This document shows positions 60,926-64,000 of a stretch of 64,000 bases of DNA, in pieces (positions within the stretch are counted from its first letter, which is position 1; each line of letters opens with the position of its first letter). The DNA is from Eledone cirrhosa (lineage: Eukaryota). The notes under the pieces are model-generated. The model worked only from the letters and a program-made list of their open reading frames with translations, made no database searches and was not told the origin of the DNA. The stretch spans positions 84,940,001 through 85,004,000 of the forward strand of contig OZ024744.1 in NCBI GenBank assembly GCA_964016885.1, written 5' to 3'. The position numbers were made by a program, and so were the translations under genes.

Positions 60926-61790
60926 TAATTGTTTCTATGCTTGGCACAAGGCCAACAATTACCCCCACTGCATTACTGGTACTTTATTTTATCGACCCTG
61001 TAAGGTTGAATGACAAAGTTAACCGCGGTGGGATTTGAACAGAGAACGTAAAGGGCCATAGCTCTGTACTGCAAAGAATTGTGTCTGACGATCTAGCGAT
61101 ACTGCCAATCCACTGCCCTTCAATCCTTGATTCATAATATTTGTTTCTACTTTTGGCTACACAAGGCCAGTAATTATCCCAGTGCATTACTGGTACTTTA
61201 TATTATGGACCCCGTAAGGATGAAAGACAAAGTTAACCTCGGCGGGATTTGAACTTAGCTCTGTATATAGTCTGTATAGTTAGTACGACTGTGTATATTT
61301 TATAATTCAAGGTAATGAAAGTATGGTTATTAAAAGTTAAATTTTAAACTAGAGATGTGTAGTACGACGTATGACACATATATGTGTAAATACATTAGTC
61401 TGAGAGTGTGTATAGTGAGGAAATATTTTGAATATAACCATAGACAAACATAAGACAAAAATGTTTCTTTTTTAATATAATTGTTTCTACTTTTGGGACA
61501 AGGCTAGCAATTATCTCAGTGTATTACTGGTACATTTATAGATTATCGACCCCGTAAGGATGAAAGGCAGAGTCATAATGGTTTGGATTTAGGCACTGTG
61601 CCAACAATTTGGGGAGAAGGGTAAGTCAATTAAATCGACACCACTGCGTTACTGGTACTTTATTTTATCGACCCCGTAAGGATGAAAGGCAGAACTAACC
61701 TCGGTGGGATTTGAACTCAGATCGTAAATGGCCGTACTCCATGCTGCGAAGCAGGGTGTCTGGCGCTCTACCGGTTACTGTTATTCTACC
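60926..61790 (-). mobile_element. Cluster of four SINE family 1 copies/fragments
   Basis: Copies at ~60926-61115, 61138-61255, 61478-61572 and 61580-61790. Confidence 0.82.
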
Positions 61791-61814
61791 GCTCTTCACT
61801 GTTAAGAAATAATA

Positions 61815-63725
61815 GTTCGAAATTCAACCGTGTATATAGTTTAACATTTGAAATTTTACCGTGTATATATTTTACTATTAGATTAATGAACGTGTGTATA
61901 GTTTAATATTTGAAATTCAACCGTGTATATAGTTTAACATTTGAAATTTTACCGTGTATATAGTTTACTATTAGATTAATGAACGTGTGTATAGTTTAAC
62001 ATTTGAAATTTGACCGTGTATATAGTTTAGTATTTGATTAGTGACCGTGTGTATAGTTTAATATTTGAAATTTTACCGTGAATATAGTTTACTATTTGAT
62101 TAATGAACGTGTGTATAGTTTAACATTTGAAATTTGACCGTGTATATAGTTTACTATTAGATTAATGACCGTGTGTATAGTTTAACATTTTAATTTGACC
62201 GTGTATATAGTTTAACATTTGAAATTTGACCGTGTATATAGTTTAGTATTTGATTAATGACCGTGTGTATAGTTTAACATTTTAATTTGACCGTGTATAT
62301 AGTTTAACATTTGAAATTTGACCGTGTATATAGTTTAGTATTTGATTAATGACCGTGTGTATAGTTTAACATTTTAATTTGACCGTGTATATAGTTTAAC
62401 ATTTGAAATTTGACCGTGTATATAGTTTAGTATTTGATTAATGACCGTGTGTATAGTTTAACATTTGAAATTTGACCGTGTATATAGTTTAGTATTTGAT
62501 TAATGACCGTGTGTATAGTTTAACATTTTAATTTGACTGTGTATATAGTTTAACATTTGAAATTTGACCGTGTATATAGTTTAACATTTGAAATTTGATC
62601 GTGTATATAGTTTAGTATTTGATTAATGACCGTGTGTATAGTTTAACATTTGAAATTTGACCGTGTATATAGTTTAGTATTTGATTAATGACCGTGTGTA
62701 TAGTTTAACATTTGAAATTTGACCGTGTATATAGTTTAACATTTGATTAATGACCGTGTGTATAGTTTAACATTTGAAATTTTACCGTGTATATAGTTTA
62801 GTATTTGATTAGTGACCGTGTGTATAGTTTAACATTTGAAATTTGACCGTGTATATAGTTTAACATTTGATTAATGACCGTGTATATAGTTTAGTATTTG
62901 ATTAGTGACCGTGTATATAGTTTAACATTTGAAATTTGACCGTGTATATAGTTTAGTATTTGATTAGTGACCGTGTGTATAGTTTAACATTTGAAATTTG
63001 ACCGTGTATATAGTTTAGTATTTGATTAGTGACCGTGTGTATAGTTTAACATTTGAAATTTGACCGTGTATATAGTTTAGTATTTGATTAGTGACCGTGT
63101 GTATAGTTTAACATTTGAAATTTGACCGTGTATATAGTTTAGTATTTGATTAGTGACCGTGTGTATAGTTTAACATTTGAAATTTGACCGTGTATATAGT
63201 TTAGTATTTGATTAGTGACCGTGTGTATAGTTTAACATTTGAAATTTGACCGTGTATATAGTTTAGTATTTGATTAATGACCGTGTGTATAGTTTAACAT
63301 TTGAAATTTGACCGTGTATATAGTTTAGTATTTGATTAATGACCGTGTGTATAGTTTAACATTTGAAATTTGACCGTGTATATAGTTTAGTATTTGATTA
63401 ATGACCGCGTATATAGTTTAACATTTGAAATTTGACCGTGTATATAGTTTAGTATTTGATTAATGACCGTGTGTATAATTTAACATTTGAAATTTGACCG
63501 TGTATATAGTTTATTGTTAGATTAATGATCGTGTGTATAGTTTAACATTTGAAATTTGACCGTGTATATAGTTTAGTATGTGATTAGTGACCGTGTGTAT
63601 AGTTTAACATTTGAAATTTGACCATTTAGTATGTGATTAGTGACCCTGTATATAGTTAAGTATTAGAAATTCAACCATGTATATAGTTAAGTATTATAAA
63701 TTCAACCGTGTATATAGTTTAGTGT
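61815..63725. repeat. 31-bp satellite with 62-bp dimeric higher-order repeat
   Basis: gaccgtgtatatagtttagtatttgattaat alternating with gaccgtgtgtatagtttaacatttgaaattt. Confidence 0.95.
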
Positions 63726-63906
63726 GCAATTAGTGAGCAGCTGGTTATCGGTGTGTGAAAATGTTTAAACATCTGTTATGCCGATTGATACATAGGAATA
63801 GTTATTGGCAACAAATGGTATATTCGCAATATTCCATACTCGTAGTATATGGAATGGTCAATGTTTTAGTTCTTGTAATTCAATCAAAACCTAACTATTA
63901 GAATGA

Positions 63907-64000
<94 letters not shown>

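Overview
Eukaryotic, AT-rich, repeat-dominated animal DNA. It is probably from an octopod cephalopod, inferred only from the (TA)n/(TG)n load and the SINE and Penelope content. There is no multi-exon host gene and at most one candidate terminal exon; most ORF-track entries are microsatellite translations. Recognisable elements: one full-length but decayed Helitron (31812-39359), four Penelope-like element (PLE) fragments with RT and/or GIY-YIG domains, R4/Dong-, RTE- and CRE-like LINE fragments, about 20 tRNA-derived SINEs, Tc1/mariner-type MITEs, a 73-bp minisatellite and a 31/62-bp satellite. The main hidden signal is about 25 complete or near-complete type I hammerhead ribozyme (HHR) motifs plus several half-motifs, from roughly a dozen sequence families. 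Nearly all sit in short non-coding units inserted into (TA)n tracts. Three features stand out. (i) At least two, probably three, unrelated families carry the compensatory U3:A8 core (TTGANAA) instead of CTGANGA. (ii) One family forms a 320-nt head-to-tail non-coding repeat resembling a retrozyme/circular RNA. (iii) Many insertions are fold-back palindromes whose turning point falls in HHR stem II or the catalytic core, suggesting snap-back self-priming of the cDNA at the ribozyme. All structures were folded by eye and no activity has been tested.
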